A DNA stretch of 64,000 nucleotides from Tricharina praecox (lineage: Eukaryota), in the NCBI RefSeq assembly GCF_024521635.1, contig NW_026250418.1, positions 434,001 to 498,000 on the forward strand, written 5' to 3'. Position numbers and translations under genes: made by a program. The notes under the pieces are model-generated. The model saw only the letters and a program-made list of their open reading frames with translations, was not told the origin of the DNA and made no database searches. Of the stretch, positions 25,472 through 39,511 are shown piece after piece. Within the stretch, counting starts at the first letter, position 1. Every line of letters starts with the position of its first letter.

Positions 25472-27704
25472 ATGATTTCATCAAAGGGCAGCAAAGTCGC
25501 CTGGGCGGCTTCACTGTTCTACCTCTTGTTTGTATGTCTGGCGCCTTTACTGTCGCCGGTCAATGCGGCCGAGAATGATACCGAGAACTTCGGAACCGTT
25601 ATTGGTATCGACTTGGGAACTACATACTCGTAAGTTACACCCTCCTCTGAAACGACCACCGTGGCGGCGGATCTGAAGTGTTTCGTGTGCTGACGTTTCG
25701 AAGTTGTGCTGGTGTGATGAAGGGAGGCCGTGTCGAGATTATGGTCAACGACCAAGGAAACCGTATCACCCCGTCGTACGTCGCTTTCACCGAGGACGAG
25801 CGATTGGTCGGAGACGCCGCAAAGAACCAGTACGCCGCCAACCCCACAAACACCGTCTTCGATATCAAGTAAGTGGATTCCCCCTCCCTGTCAGCAGCGA
25901 GCTTTGGAGTGAGCTGCAGAGAGTGTGTGATGTGAGTGACGTGTCGCTAACATGCTTCCCCCGATAGGCGTCTCATTGGCCGCAAGTTCAACGACAAGGA
26001 CGTTCAGCAAGACATCAAGCACTTCCCCTTCAAGGTCATCAACAAGAATGGAAGCCCCAATGTCCAAGTTGAGGTTTCCGGAGAGAAGCGTGTCTTCACT
26101 CCCGAGGAGATTTCCGCCATGATTTTGGGCAAGATGAAGGAGATCGCCGAGGCCTACTTGGGCAAGAAGGTCACCCACGCCGTCGTCACTGTCCCCGCCT
26201 ACTTCAACGACGCCCAGCGTCAGGCCACCAAGGATGCCGGTACCATCGCCGGTCTTAACGTCCTCCGTGTCGTCAACGAGCCCACCGCCGCCGCTATCGC
26301 CTACGGTCTTGACAAGAAGGGGGGCGAGCGCCAGATCATCGTCTACGATCTTGGTGGTGGTACTTTCGATGTCTCGCTTCTTTCCATCGACCAGGGTGTC
26401 TTCGAGGTCTTGTCGACTGCCGGTGATACCCACTTGGGAGGAGAGGATTTCGATCAGCGTGTCATCTCCCACTTCACCAAGCTCTACAACAAGAAGCACA
26501 GCGTCGAGATCACCAAGGACCTCAAGACCATGGGCAAGCTGAAGCGTGAGGTCGAGAAGGCCAAGCGTACTCTGTCTTCGCAGATGTCTACCAGAATCGA
26601 GATTGAGGCTTTCCACGACGGCAAGGACTTCTCCGAGACTCTCACTCGCGCCAAGTTCGAGGAGCTCAACTTAGACCTCTTCAAGAAGACCCTCAAGCCG
26701 GTCGAGCAGGTCCTCAAGGACGCCAAGGTCAAGCGTGAGGATGTCGACGACATCGTCCTTGTCGGAGGTTCCACCCGTATCCCCAAGGTCCAGCAGCTTT
26801 TGGAGGAGTACTTCAAGGGCAAGAAGGCTTCCAAGGGTATCAACCCCGACGAGGCTGTTGCCTACGGTGCTGCCGTCCAGGGAGGTGTTCTGTCCGGTGA
26901 GGAGGGTACCGACGATATCGTCCTCATGGACGTCAACCCCTTGACTCTCGGTATCGAGACCACCGGTGGTGTCATGACCAAGCTCATTCCCCGCAACACC
27001 GTCATCCCCACCCGCAAGTCCCAGATCTTCTCGACCGCCGCCGACAACCAGCCCATCGTTCTCATCCAGGTTTATGAGGGAGAGCGCTCGCTGACTAAGG
27101 ACAACAACCTGTTGGGCAAGTTCGAGCTCACCAACATCCCCCCGGCTCCCCGTGGAGTTCCCCAGATTGAGGTCTCGTTCGAGCTCGACGCCAATGGAAT
27201 CCTGAAGGTTTCCGCCGCCGACAAGGGTACCGGAAAGTCTGAGTCGATCACCATCAACAACGAGCGTGGTCGCCTGTCGCAGGAGGACATTGAGCGCATG
27301 GTTTCCGAGGCCGAGAAGTTCGCCGACGAGGACAAGGCCAACCGCGAGAAGATCGAGGCGCGCAACGCGCTCGAGAACTACGCCTTCTCCCTCAAGAACC
27401 AGGTCAACGACAAGGAGGGTCTCGGAGGAAAGATCAGCGACGACGAGAAGGAGACTCTTCTCACCGCCGTCAAGGAGGCTACCGCTTGGTTGGAGGAGAA
27501 CGGAGCTACCGCCACCACTGAGGACTTTGACGAGCAGAAGGAGAAGCTCAGCCAAGTCGCTTACCCCATCACCTCCAAGAGTAAGTTTAACCCCACCTCG
27601 CGTCATGACTATTCTTCCGAACTTTAAACTAACGCATTCGCTCTTTAGTGTACGGTGGTGCCGGAGACGATTCGTCGAAGCCCGATGATCACGATGAGTT
27701 GTAA
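25472..27704 (+). CDS. KAR2: ER Hsp70 chaperone BiP/Kar2 (4 exons)
   Basis: Signal peptide, [37 protein letters not shown]-terminal HDEL*. Confidence 0.98.
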
Positions 27705-28561
27705 ATTCGTATGACTTGTTGCTTTCTTATTTTTAGGCTATCATTTTTTTTTTGCTACATGTGCTTCTAGAAATGGAGTTACCGTTTTTCTGTGTAAACC
27801 CTTCTGTTCTGTTTGTTGTTGTGATGCAGCAGTGTATTCGTGATAATGTTCATTCTGGAGGAAGATGGTAAAAATGCAAAGTGTTGCGATGTTAACGAAT
27901 CTTATCATATCACACTCGCGTGCAGATACCGGCTGATCACCAGACCCGTCACCCGCAACTCCACTTAGCTCGCCACTTGTGCCCGCCACTTGCCTGAAAA
28001 GGGGATCTCGCTGGGGCTAGCGCCGAGTGATCACTGTGACTGGGCGCGTAGAGTTCCAACTGCATATGGTGGATTCCAGGTGGATGCCTGATAACCGACT
28101 CTACTCTCTGACTCTTTGAGTCGATGTGTCTCTTCTCTTTGAGTCCATGTGTGTATGCGTGTTTATGTGTGTGTGGTTCCAAGAGGTCATTTTTCATTTC
28201 ATCAATTGCCCGCAACTTCGTTCCCATAAAATGCCCACCAAACCGAACCGTCCCTGACTCCCATTGCCCAAACCCACCAGTGTCCAGTGTCCAGTGTCCA
28301 GTCATTCTGTTCCCTCCGTTCCCTCAGTCCCTCCGTAAATAGAGTAGTAAAGCGAGAGTAATAAGCAAAAAAGTTAACCAGGTAAATGCAGAAAAGAAAA
28401 GAAAGAAGAAATAGAGGAAATAGGGAAAATGAAAGAAGAAGAAAAAAAGGGAGAAAGAGGAAGAAGAAGAGAAAGAAGAAATAGAAATAAAAGGAAATAA
28501 AGTATCTACAACGAACCGCGCTATCCCATATCCCGTCCCCCGTCCCCACCCTCCATCGCAT

Positions 28562-29230
28562 CTAGAACTTCCCCAGCAGCATCTTCCAAACGCCCGGCTT
28601 AACCTCGCCCTCAATAGCGGTAACCTTATGTCCTCCCTTCTCCAGCTCCTCAAGTCCGACCTTACTAGCACTCGAACTCCGATCCGCGAGCTTAACCTCT
28701 CCACGGCGGTTGACAATGATCTTTGCATTCATTGGCAGCGCGCTGCGCCGCTTCACCTCGCGCTCCCACTGCTTCTTGCGATGGAAGTAGTAGACAATGA
28801 TACCGATGAACAGCGCGAGCGCGACGACGACAACCGCAGCGATGATCCCGATCTGTGCGCCTACCCCCACCCCCATAAATGCGTCCGAGTTTCCCGCTCC
28901 CCCGCCGTCGGAATCGGAGACTTGGTTGTTGCCCCCTACCGTACCGTCGGAGCCTACAAGGTCGTCGTAGGATAGGCCCGGCTCGGAGGGGTAGTACTCG
29001 CTGGACTCGCGAGTTTCGGAGGCGGAGGCGGAGGCGGATACGGTGGAGGGCGTGCTGCTCACCCGCGAGGCGGAGGCGCTGGCGCTGGGGGTGGAGGAGG
29101 AGGAGCGCGCGGAGATGGCAGAGCTGCGTATGCTGGATGCGGTCGGTGTAGGCGATGGCGAGTCTTGTGCCAGCACGCCGGTCATGCCCAGGAAGGCGAG
29201 GAGGAGGAGGTGGGTTGGTCGGAGACGCAT
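28562..29230 (-). CDS. Type I membrane protein with Ser/Ala-rich ectodomain (Mid2/Wsc-like architecture)
   Basis: 222-aa ORF: signal peptide, S/T/A-rich stalk, TM IGIIAAVVVVALALFIGIIVYYF followed by HRKK. Confidence 0.85.
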   Translation of the reverse strand: MRLRPTHLLLLAFLGMTGVLAQDSPSPTPTASSIRSSAISARSSSSTPSASASASRVSSTPSTVSASASASETRESSEYYPSEPGLSYDDLVGSDGTVGGNNQVSDSDGGGAGNSDAFMGVGVGAQIGIIAAVVVVALALFIGIIVYYFHRKKQWEREVKRRSALPMNAKIIVNRRGEVKLADRSSSASKVGLEELEKGGHKVTAIEGEVKPGVWKMLLGKF

Positions 29231-32200
29231 GGTGGATGTGGATGTGGCGGTCGATTAGGTTGTGGGTTGTGGGTTGTGGATTATTCGAATGGAGGCCAGC
29301 TGCTGGATGTATGTCTTTGGGGAGAGGCTGCTGCTGCTACGGTGTATGCGTTTTCCGGTGGGGAAAAATGGGCGGCTTCTCCTTCTTGTACTGAACGAGG
29401 AGGGCGGGAGTGTTTACTCTATCGTATGAAGGGAGGGTGTTTGAAAGGTATATACTATGGTAGGCGCTGGCACCCACGGAACCGAAGATGACAGACAAGA
29501 CGAAGGACGGCAGACAAGTCAGGAAAAAGGAAAGCGCAGAGGATTCCGATGCAGTAGCAGGCAGGCAGGCAGGCAGGTGTGAGGAGCTGGCTGCGGGGCG
29601 GGCGTCTACGTACAATACATATACTCTCTCCTATTTCGATCACGGCCTGGCAGTCGAAGCTGTCCTACGCCGTCCCATCGTTAGGTGCAGATAGACGCTG
29701 GAGATGGTGATGGGAGGGGGGGGGGGGTAGGATCCGCAGGGATGGAGGAGATGTTGGTGCTGGGTTGCCATCTATTCCCGGTGGTGGGTGTGCGGGCGCT
29801 TAAGCACAAGTGCACACAACATTGGCTGGGCCGCACAGCTGATTGGCTCGTTTGCAGCCATGGAACAGTTTCGGATTTGGGACCTGCAGCCAGTCAGACT
29901 GGAGAGCTGGGTTGGGTTGCATAGATGCACGCCCGTGGGTTTCGCGTTGTTGCTGGTCAGTGGTGTTTTTTTTGTTATTGTTTTTTTTTGGTGACGGCTG
30001 GCTGGGAAGGCGAGTTTTTCTTTCGGAGGCGAGATGCTTCGGCGGAGGACGGAATAGGGAATCGAATCGAAGTCGCGACGTCAGAGGACCGGACGGCCGG
30101 TCGCATTGAGGGCTGCGGTTTGGCATCTGTCGAGGGAAGGAAGGAAGAGAAGCGGCTGGTTAAACTGGGCTGCTGCCGTGCTGAAGAGGCCAAACGCATA
30201 AATCTTGGATCTCGCAGAAATGCACTTCGGCTGCGGGATCTCCCTCCATGCAAAGCGTGACCCCTGCTCCGGCGATATGTATACTTTTCTTCAGGATCTT
30301 CCGGGCTGGAGAATCAAGACGTAGTGTATGCACATAAGTCAGTATCTACAATCAATTGTCACACTACAACCGCTGATAGACATCGAGTGCAGCCAGGTGC
30401 TTACGTATAGTCAGTCCTCTCGTGGGGTCGATGGAAGCGAGGCGAATAACGAGTCGTCGATGCGAGGCCGTATGCACTCGTCAGGCCATCCAGAGACCGA
30501 TCGGTAGTTAGATGCCCAACTTCCAAGACGGGTAGATTTCCATGAGATTGCCCACGCCGAGCCTTTTGGGGCGAGTTCGGCGGCTATCCGGTGAACCGAC
30601 TGCTGGATCCAGGACTCAGGCTGCATTCGGGGCGTTTGCCCCGAGGAGTCGAGGACAACCGTCTCGAACTGGGGAATATCTACTGCCAATCGACACTTCG
30701 CAACCGGCAGAGTTTTCCAGTGACCGCTTGCATGATACATACATCTTATCGACGAGTGGAGAGGATCGGCAACGGGGGGTGATGACGGATGTATGGATGG
30801 ACGGACGCCTGCTCGAACGCTTGATGATGCAGAGTGGACTTGCGCAGAGATGTTGTGTTGTTGTTGCGGTCCGCTGACAGGATTTATCCAGGCAGCCAGC
30901 ATTTCCAACATGGCTCTTCGGGCGACAAGCGGAGATGCAGAGTTCTTTTAAGCTGCTTACCGTGCGTCATGGTTCTTCGTCATATCGGAAGCGATGATTT
31001 GGCATCGCGCCTCTTCGAGGCGGGGAGGAACAGGCTGGGTGGAGGGTGGGGTGCGGCACGGCGGGGTGGGAGGACACAGCAAAGGATAGGCTGCGTGGGA
31101 TTCCAAGAGCAACGACCTAGAACTCCGGCTTGGATAAGGAATGGTCCACGCGCCTCTCAACCTCTAATGATTTCAGGCGCCCACTCACTCACTGCGCCGC
31201 ACCCGCCTCTTCACCTCACCTTGAGCTTTCAGTTATTGATAGCCCCCACGCGCCTCTCCACGTCAGAGCAGCACAACACAAGCACAAGCACGTTGCATAT
31301 TCCCTCGATATTCAGTTCGGGGTCTGGTGCGTCTCGCTCTTCGCTCTTCGTCTTCCAGTTACCAATGACCATTGGCAGCGTTTGGCGCTCCCACTCATCC
31401 ACGGGACGAGTCGACGGAGTTGGATACGGACCAGGAGCAGGAGACCCTGACCAAAAACAGGAGAACGGCTCGTCGGAAATCGGCAGATACTCTACATACA
31501 TCGAATCAGCAGTCTGAGGAGACCAATACCTATCTTCGGCAAGACGGCTTGGGTCAATGGTTGAGCACTCAGGAGCATCGTCACACAGCTCCCTGTCGCG
31601 ACTCTTCTTACCACGCATGCACCACCCAAGAACGATAACCACAGCCACAACCACACTGTCTCCAGGCCCTCCGAAGCCGAATAGCGTTCTCCGACGAGAC
31701 CTGTGAGCTTAGAGAAGACGCTGGCCCCTCTCCCTCCTCCTCCACCCCCTCCTCCTCCTACTTCCAACGAAATTAACCACAGCTACCACCACAACCATAG
31801 TAACACCTACAACAACAACCCACAGATCATGGCATGTTACAGCCCATATCCTTCCCACTAAGCCACTCCAAGAAATAGTAGCCTCGTGGTGCTACAAACG
31901 AGCCCGCTCAAGGCTTGGCAGAGTGCTCCTCTGTGAAGCTACCTATACAGACTTCCTAGGAACACCTCCCGAGTCCCATCTAGCCCGCTCGATAGAATCT
32001 AGATTTATCATCACGCACTGCAGTTCCGATGTACAACTACCAAGTCCGGATCTCTCTCGTATTACACGTTCCGAGCTGAGCTGGAAGATGCACTCTGCCG
32101 TGAAGGATAGATAGCAGCTTGACGGTCTAGGTATTCGGGTATCGATGCACCCCAAGCAGAAAGGATATCATGAACTAACCCTAGAGAGTTTGGATCGATA

Positions 32201-34750
32201 TATCAAAGAGTCGCAACATCACGGTGGCACGAATCATCTACCTATGCTCATCACATCCAGCCTGGACCCTGCCTGCCAAACTACTCGATGCCAACAGCAT
32301 TTTCGGGAAACAGGACCAGATCACGAACTACCTACCTACACTCCATCTCATCTTGCTGGTGGCACCCCCCGTTACCGTTCGAGATACCATGACCCACATG
32401 GGGAAGGATGTGATGGTGAGGGGGCATGTGAGGATGGGTTGCAGAGGGAGAGTCGAGACTTGAGCACGACCCGTCGTCGTCGTGCTCTATGTAGTTTCAG
32501 GCTTTCAGTGGGTTTCCTTACGATAGTCTAGACTTTACATTCGATAGATTTACCCCGACCAGCCAGCACCAAATCTTAAAACCTCGTGTGTGAGTTTCAC
32601 CTGGATCCACGCTTCCTGCTCCACCTATACTTGCTACCAGCTCGCTGAAGAACTTTGCTTCCTCACATACCTAGCACTCGGACATGGCTACCTATCGGAA
32701 GAATCCTATCGACTGTTTGCTAACTTTTAGCTGATACTAGGTATATTCCACATTACACCTGGAAACACGGTTGCCTTTAAGATTGAAAAACTCGACTGGA
32801 ACAATCTCCTGCTCGGATAAAGTGTCCATGGGATTCACGTGCTACCCCATGGCTATTACTCCTGCAGCTGAATCGTTATGGCTAAGCAGGCTTCTGGAGT
32901 CTGACCGGCGTCCCATATATCGTGATGGCCTTGGCCAACCTACTTAGCCACCCATCGTGCTACAACTTAGGTCGAACTACCCAACGATGTACCTTGTGAC
33001 CTTGTCCGCTCTCCGGGAATGGACGAAGCAAGGGCCCGTGGGCACTGCGGGGGTTTTTCGAGAGCCACAGTCCACGTTGGGGCGGGGGTCTCCAAACTCT
33101 CTACGCTCTCCACACAACCACATGAGCATATAAGCATATGGGCGTTGAATGCTCTGGGTAAGTTGTGGGCAGCAAATCCGGACAGTTCGTGTTCCGTGTT
33201 GGCGGTGGAGAATCCATCTAGGAGTTGCCGCTGGATGCATGGAAGGATTGGGCACTCGTTCAGGTGTGCGGTGCGTGCAGGTGCTTCGAACGTTCGTAGT
33301 CACTCGCCCATCTGCTATCTTTTCGAGTGTCGGTGACGGTAGCTGTATTCTGAATTGAGAGGAAACCATACATACCACTGTCGAGGCTGCGAGCTACCGT
33401 CGTTACTTTTCCTAAGTCCTGACCGAACCAAAATTGGTCGAACTATTTATTCTGAGGTTGTGCAAGTGGCAACAGGCCAGACGTTCGTTCGTTAACCGCC
33501 TCACCGTCAAACTATCCAATCGAATCATTGAGGTGAGCCTTCCCCGCTGCCGGAAGGAACAAGTTCTCAGATTGGAGACGGCTGGCGCGGTGCCTGCTAA
33601 CTACTAGTTATGCCGGATGATCGTCGCGGTAAATACCCGCTGCGTCTGACGCCGACCATCGCTGCCGAACGCGCTAAGCTCTGACCAAAGATTCGAGTTA
33701 TCGGCAACGTCCTGTGCTCTAGCATAATTATCCCCCATATCTATTGTCTGGCATCAGCTCGTGATTTTGCCTGGAAACGGAGCTCTAGAAAGTGTACTCT
33801 ACTGTAGATATTCGCAAGGAATTTGTCCCGCCGTATACGGTACTCAGATAACCGTGAGCCGCACGTCTTGTCTATGTATACTACAAGCATAGTATGTTTC
33901 AAAAACAGAGGTGTAGATGAGGATGTTAATTCTAATGGCAAATACATGTCCGGCGGTAGTATATCTGTTGGACCTCCCTAGCTTGCCCCAATTTGAACTG
34001 ACGCAGAAAGGTTGGCAATGAGTGATATCAAAAGCATTCGGCGAGTGGGCTCTTCCGCAAAGCAACATGTGTGAATTAGTACAAACAGGCTCTCCAACAT
34101 TATGTATCTAGCAGCGTATATTCCCACTTCCCTTCTCCGAAGCTTTTCTAAACATTTGACAGTGCACCTAGTACCTGGTAAAGTCCACCGCCGCCGCCCT
34201 CGGTGTATGTAGTAGTAGAGTCCGCCACCGGCGTAGTAGTATTCGCCGGTGGCCTGTCTGCAACATGGCTGCTTTTTTGTAACTCGAGTCCCGGCCCGAT
34301 AGCCTCTGTATCAGCGCTGTTGCTCATTTCTCTGGTATTGGAACCGCGGATGTTTGAAGTACCGTGGGTCAGAGGTGGCGACAGCGACTGTCATAGTAGC
34401 AACCGTGACTGCTACCAGCACAGCTGCAACCAAACTAATTGATATAGTGAGCCGTGTGGTTGTGTAGACGCACTACCGCCTCCTAATCGGGCCTAATCGG
34501 GCATACTTTGCAGTGCAACAAATATACTCCCGCCCAGGACATGTAGGGGTTAATATTTCAACGAACGGTTTCCGGTTATTGTAAGCCATTATCACCATTT
34601 CGTGACTCCTCCAAAGCACCTTCAACCTCAGTCAGTTAGTGAATATCAAGTTTCAGGATTCTTCAGGAATTGAGATCGAGTGAGTGAAAGTGCAACACTC
34701 GGTTCCACGTGACAACCGACATCCATACAACCCAAGATCCTCGAATTGTC

Positions 34751-34873
34751 GAGTCAATAATTGTGATTGACTCCGATTGACTCTGGGACAAGCCTGGTCA
34801 GTTACCGCGATTGACTCCGGTACATGTTTAGTCAATAATCGTGATTGACTTGGTGCCGTCTCGAGTCAATAAT
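34751..34873. promoter_or_regulatory. Cluster of seven AGTCAAT/ATTGACT half-sites, including two AGTCAAT-N7-ATTGACT palindromes
   Basis: Half-sites at 34752, 34766, 34776, 34810, 34830, 34844, 34864; about 720-840 nt upstream of the SLM1-like ATG. Repeat is seen; function is inferred. Confidence 0.45.
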
Positions 34874-35591
34874 CTATGATCCTCTTCCTGCGAGCCTTTT
34901 CGAACCGACTAGATAGGGGGTTGATGTGAAGGCTGCCTCTACTCTGCAGAGACACAACTCTTACTGAATCCAGCGAAGCCTGGCGGAAATATATCCGCAA
35001 CTAAAAATCCACAGATCTCATGATATATCGTCTGCGGGGTCAACACTTCCCGGAAGTCACACATTCCGAAAAATGTCGTGCCCCTAGGCTCGGCGGTTCC
35101 ATCCACCAGGGGAGCTCTGGGTGACGAAGCGAAGAGGACCCTTCCAACCGACAGTCTAGGTACAAATAAACCCCCACCATAGTTGTCCATCACGACCACC
35201 ACGTATCAATCCCTTCCTACTTATGCTGCACCTGTGAGGAGCTCTCGAAAAAAGTGAAACAAATGACGCCGATGACGATGATCGCATACAACAGCTCTCA
35301 GATATTTCGTCATGGATAACGGTCCTTTGTACGGGGCGGGGCGCGTGCAACTGCGATTGGCGACCGCCAGCGGACGAGTAGCGAGATGCATCAAACAAGG
35401 TCTGGGCTATTCGGTTCCTTGGCATGGACCATCCCACCTTGGGGAATAATTGGCTGCTTGTTATACATATAGTACTCGGCGCCGGCTTCCTTGCTGCAAC
35501 GTACGATTGAATCCTCCGAGCTACCTATACCTTACCTCCCCACCTACATCACGGACCCGACACAACACACCTCCACACAGCTCATCCTAAA

Positions 35592-37116
35592 ATGACCACC
35601 CCCACATCTCCAATCGGCACAAGCCGTACCGGCACAATGGAGAGCGAAAACGCAATCCCTCCCGAGGTTGGCGACGTCGGCGGACTCCTCGTCGAGCGTC
35701 TACGAGCCTGGAAACACGCGGTCGCCTACCTCGAGTCCTACATCACGCAGACCGAGAGCGTGCACAAGACGCTCGGCAAGGAATACCAAAAGGTGCTGAA
35801 ATCCGTCGACGAGCCATTGCGCGAAGGACACCATTTCCAGCAGTCCGTTGGCGGCGTGGCATCGCTGTTTGAGAACATCCGCGCGAACACGGTGCGCCTC
35901 AGCACATCGCACCAGGAGACCGCGGGGGAGCTGAAGAGCACCGTCCTGCCCATCCTGGAGAGACTGCATAAGGAGATCCGGGACAGGCAGAAACATGTGC
36001 AGAGCGAGAGCGAGAAGAGCGCGAAGAGTGTCGCCAAGACGAGGAACAGCACGCAGGCGCACATTGAACTTCTCGGACAGCACGTTGCGGCGTTTCAGAG
36101 CTCTGGCGGGATCAGCGCGGGAGGCCACGACGGCCATCACTTCAAGCTGCATCATTCCAACACGGGTGGGAAGAACAAGCCGGAGTTTGACCCGTACCTG
36201 CTCAAGAGAGGAATCCTCAGTCGCCTTGTGAAACAGGTCCATGAGGAAAATGCACAGAGACAGGACCTCCTCGGCGTGCAGACCCACTCACAGGAGTTTG
36301 AGGCGAAGATTGTCCAGACTGTCCAGCAGGCACTCGCTGCGTTTAATCAAACAATGAATGTACAGGCGGATCTGCAGAAACAGTTGTATGGGGACATCGT
36401 TGGTTTGTCATTCCGCTTCGTCCACCCTCACTGCTCACCGCTAACGGAACACAGAGAAAGCAACTGCTATCCCTCCCGACATCGAATGGGTCAACTTCCT
36501 CTCCCGAAACGCAGAGACAATGATCGATCCCTCAGCGCCAAAGCGCACAGTGGAGAGCATCCGGTTCCCGAACGAAGAACATTCCAGCACTATGCCGTTG
36601 ATTGAGGGCGCCCTCATGCGAAAGGGCAAGATTATCCGTAGCTACAACCAATCGTACTACGTCGTCACGCCGAGCAAGTACCTGCACGAGTTCAAAGACC
36701 TCGATGTACGTTCCTTCCCCCCCTTCCCACCACCCAGACTAACCCTCGCTTCGCAGCACCTCAACCGCGAGCCGGAGCCTGAGCTCTCTCTCTACCTCCC
36801 TGACACCGTCCTCAGCGCCCTTAACTCCGAGGGAAAATTCCAAATCACGGGTAAAGACGCGGGGTCAAAGCTGAGCACGAAGCACGAGTACGCGTTTAAA
36901 GCGAGCTCCCACGACGAAGGCCAGCGCTGGTACGAGGCCATCTCCGCGTGCGTTAACCACAAGTCCGATCTTGCGCCTGCTGTTACTCCCCCCGGAGGCG
37001 CATCAACCGTAGCTATCGAGCCTCCGGCGTACGATAAAACCCCGCCGGCAGTGACGGGCCAGCAGTCCGGTGTTACGACAGCGGCTGTGCCGGTGGTGGC
37101 TGAGAAAGCAGCTTAG
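35592..37116 (+). CDS. Slm1-like BAR/coiled-coil + PH domain protein (3 exons)
   Basis: LLVERLRAWKH N-terminal helical domain; PH domain IEGALMRKGKIIRSYNQSYYVVTPSKYLHEF...PELSLYL...YAFKASSHDEGQRWYEAI. Confidence 0.88.
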
Positions 37117-37493
37117 GAGGCTGCTGGATGGGATGAGAAGAGGTTGCACTAAGTGGGCAGGGTGCATTGTCCGAATAGTACTCTATGATTGCGACGCGAT
37201 GATCAGTATTGTTGTTGATGTTGCTAGCCATGGAGTTTCTTTCTTTTCTGTGTTTTATGACTGTACGAGGGGGCGGAAGTTGCATATGATATCACTCCTG
37301 TACTCTAATCAAGTTGCTTTGTGCGATTAATGACGATGGCAATTGTGAAGCGGGATGGATCTTTCCTGTAACCACAGCACCTAAATCACTGTAAAAAACT
37401 TGTCTAGAACCCTAAAGTCGTATTTCATATAATACGCTCTACATGCAAAAAGATATTCCACGGTATATCCACAACCCAAAAAGCCACTAAATC

Positions 37494-38669
37494 TCACCGC
37501 TCTCCATCCGTCTTCCCTTCCTTCTCCGCCCTCACAGCCATGTATCCTTTAAACGCCTCCAGCTCCTCCTTTCCGATCGGATACGTATGTTCCTTCTTCG
37601 GATACTCGCCCTGCCTAACCTCGCGCATATACTCCTCCATGCCGCTCTTAGCATGCTCAAACAGATTCGCATAGCGCTTCACAAACTTCGGCATGAACCT
37701 TCCCTCGGGGTAGTGGCCCAGCATATCGATCTGGACCAGCACCTGCCCACTGGTGCCCGCGCCCGCGCCAATGCCAATAGTGGGCACATCCAGCTCCTTG
37801 GTGACGATCTCCGCGATCTCGGCGGGGACGGCCTCGAGCACCATGCCGAAGCACCCGGCCTCCTGCAGCGCCAACGCATCCGCCAGCAGCTTCTGCGCCG
37901 ACGAGAGCGTCTTACCCTGCACGCGGAACCCGCCCAGCGACGACGCGCGTTGCGGCGTCAGCCCGATGTGCCCGAGCACCGCGATGCCCAGCGACGTGAG
38001 CCGCTTAATCGTCGGCGCGAGCTCGGAGCCGCCCTCTAGCTTCACGGCGTGCACCCGCCCCTCTTGGATCAGCCGGATCGAGGATTGGATCGCTTGTTCG
38101 GGGGACACTTCGTACGAGCCCATCGGCAGGTCGCCGATGAGGAAGGCGGACTTGACGGCGCGCGAGACGGCCCGGCAGTGGTGCAGCATGGCGTCGAGGG
38201 TTAGCTGGTTGGTATCCTGCGCTCCCACATACGTTAGCTGTCCGCAACTTCTTCCCCTCTGCGTGCGTGATGTGCGTCAACTCACTTCCATGCCCAGGGC
38301 GACCATTGCCAGCGAATCACCCACGAGGACTATGTCGACGCCCGCCAGGTCTGCCGCCAGGCCCGACGGGAAGTCGTGGGCCGTCACCATCGCGATCGGA
38401 GTCTTTGCGGCATGGAGGTTGCGCAGCGTGTTGATGGTGACCTTCTTCCGTGTGGGGGTAGCGGTCGGCGATAGTGGGGAGTGCGAGGACGATCGACATT
38501 GTGTGTAGCGGTGTTGTTGCTGGGGTGGTGGTTGTCGACGTTGACGCAGGGCGGTTTGTGACACCCCAATCACGTTGGATAACGGACGGGCGGCGATGGG
38601 CGTTAGAGTTGAGCGCCATGCGACTGGTGCCAGACGCCGTAGCAGCGAGGTCGGTGGTTGGAGGGGCAT
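37494..38669 (-). CDS. panB: 3-methyl-2-oxobutanoate hydroxymethyltransferase (pantothenate synthesis) with mitochondrial presequence
   Basis: [17 protein letters not shown]-type motif [49 protein letters not shown]. Confidence 0.96.
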
Positions 38670-39511
38670 ATCTTCTCGGGGCCGACTTTGTCTTCCAGCT
38701 GCGCACGCTTCGGCTTTGTCCTCCGTCCGTCCGCTAGTTATCGCTCTTTTTGAATCCTTTGAAGCGCCGTGACGGAAAGAATACCGTGGACCGCGCGATG
38801 CAATGTGTGATTCCGAAGGGCCTTCTTTCTTGGTGGGATTTTGTAGAGATTCTGAAGATCCTCATTCCCCCTTTCTCCTAACTCCTTCTCCTTTTTAGTC
38901 GGTCGGATGGACGTCGGCCCGCCGTGAGAAAAAATAATCTGTGATCGAGACCAGGCCCTCGGTAAAACCGTGACAGGCCTTTCCGGGTAGTGGTCATGTC
39001 GCCACCAAAGATTCCCATGCCTTCCCCCGCCTTGCATTTCCCCTGATGCAGCCAGCTTATGTACCTACCCCGCAATGCGACCCCGCCAGTGCATGGTGAT
39101 AACGGCGGCGGTGGTGGTGGTGGACCATGGTGGTACATACTGGTGATGGAGGTGGAGGTCATGTGGGTGCTGCGTATTTCATGACGCCCGTGACTTTATT
39201 GCCGTTCCCGGCCGTCCGTCGCACTTCCACTCTCACAAACCTCCGCCAGCACCTACCTCTTCGTCCTCCACGACAAATATCTACACCTAATCATCAATAA
39301 GCAAATAGTCGTACCCGCCGATTCACGTAGAAAGCTGGCAGAGCGCCTTTCCATCGTCCCTTCCATCAACCCCGTCCATCAATCCCAGCAATCCACCCCG
39401 CTAGCGCCAACAAGCTCTTCAAAGCTCTCGCGAACATCTTGAGCTTCCTCGCCTCCATTCGCGAACAAACGACCAGCGATCACACAAGCCAGCCAGCCAG
39501 CTTCTACAGAA

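Noticed and set aside
25891..27606. Long antisense ORFs (241 and 311 aa) opposite KAR2
   Set aside because: Well-known by-product of codon bias in Hsp70 genes; no independent coding evidence.
34224..34253. 10-bp GC-rich hairpin gccaccggcg/cgccggtggc
   Set aside because: Short and isolated; could occur by chance in 64 kb.
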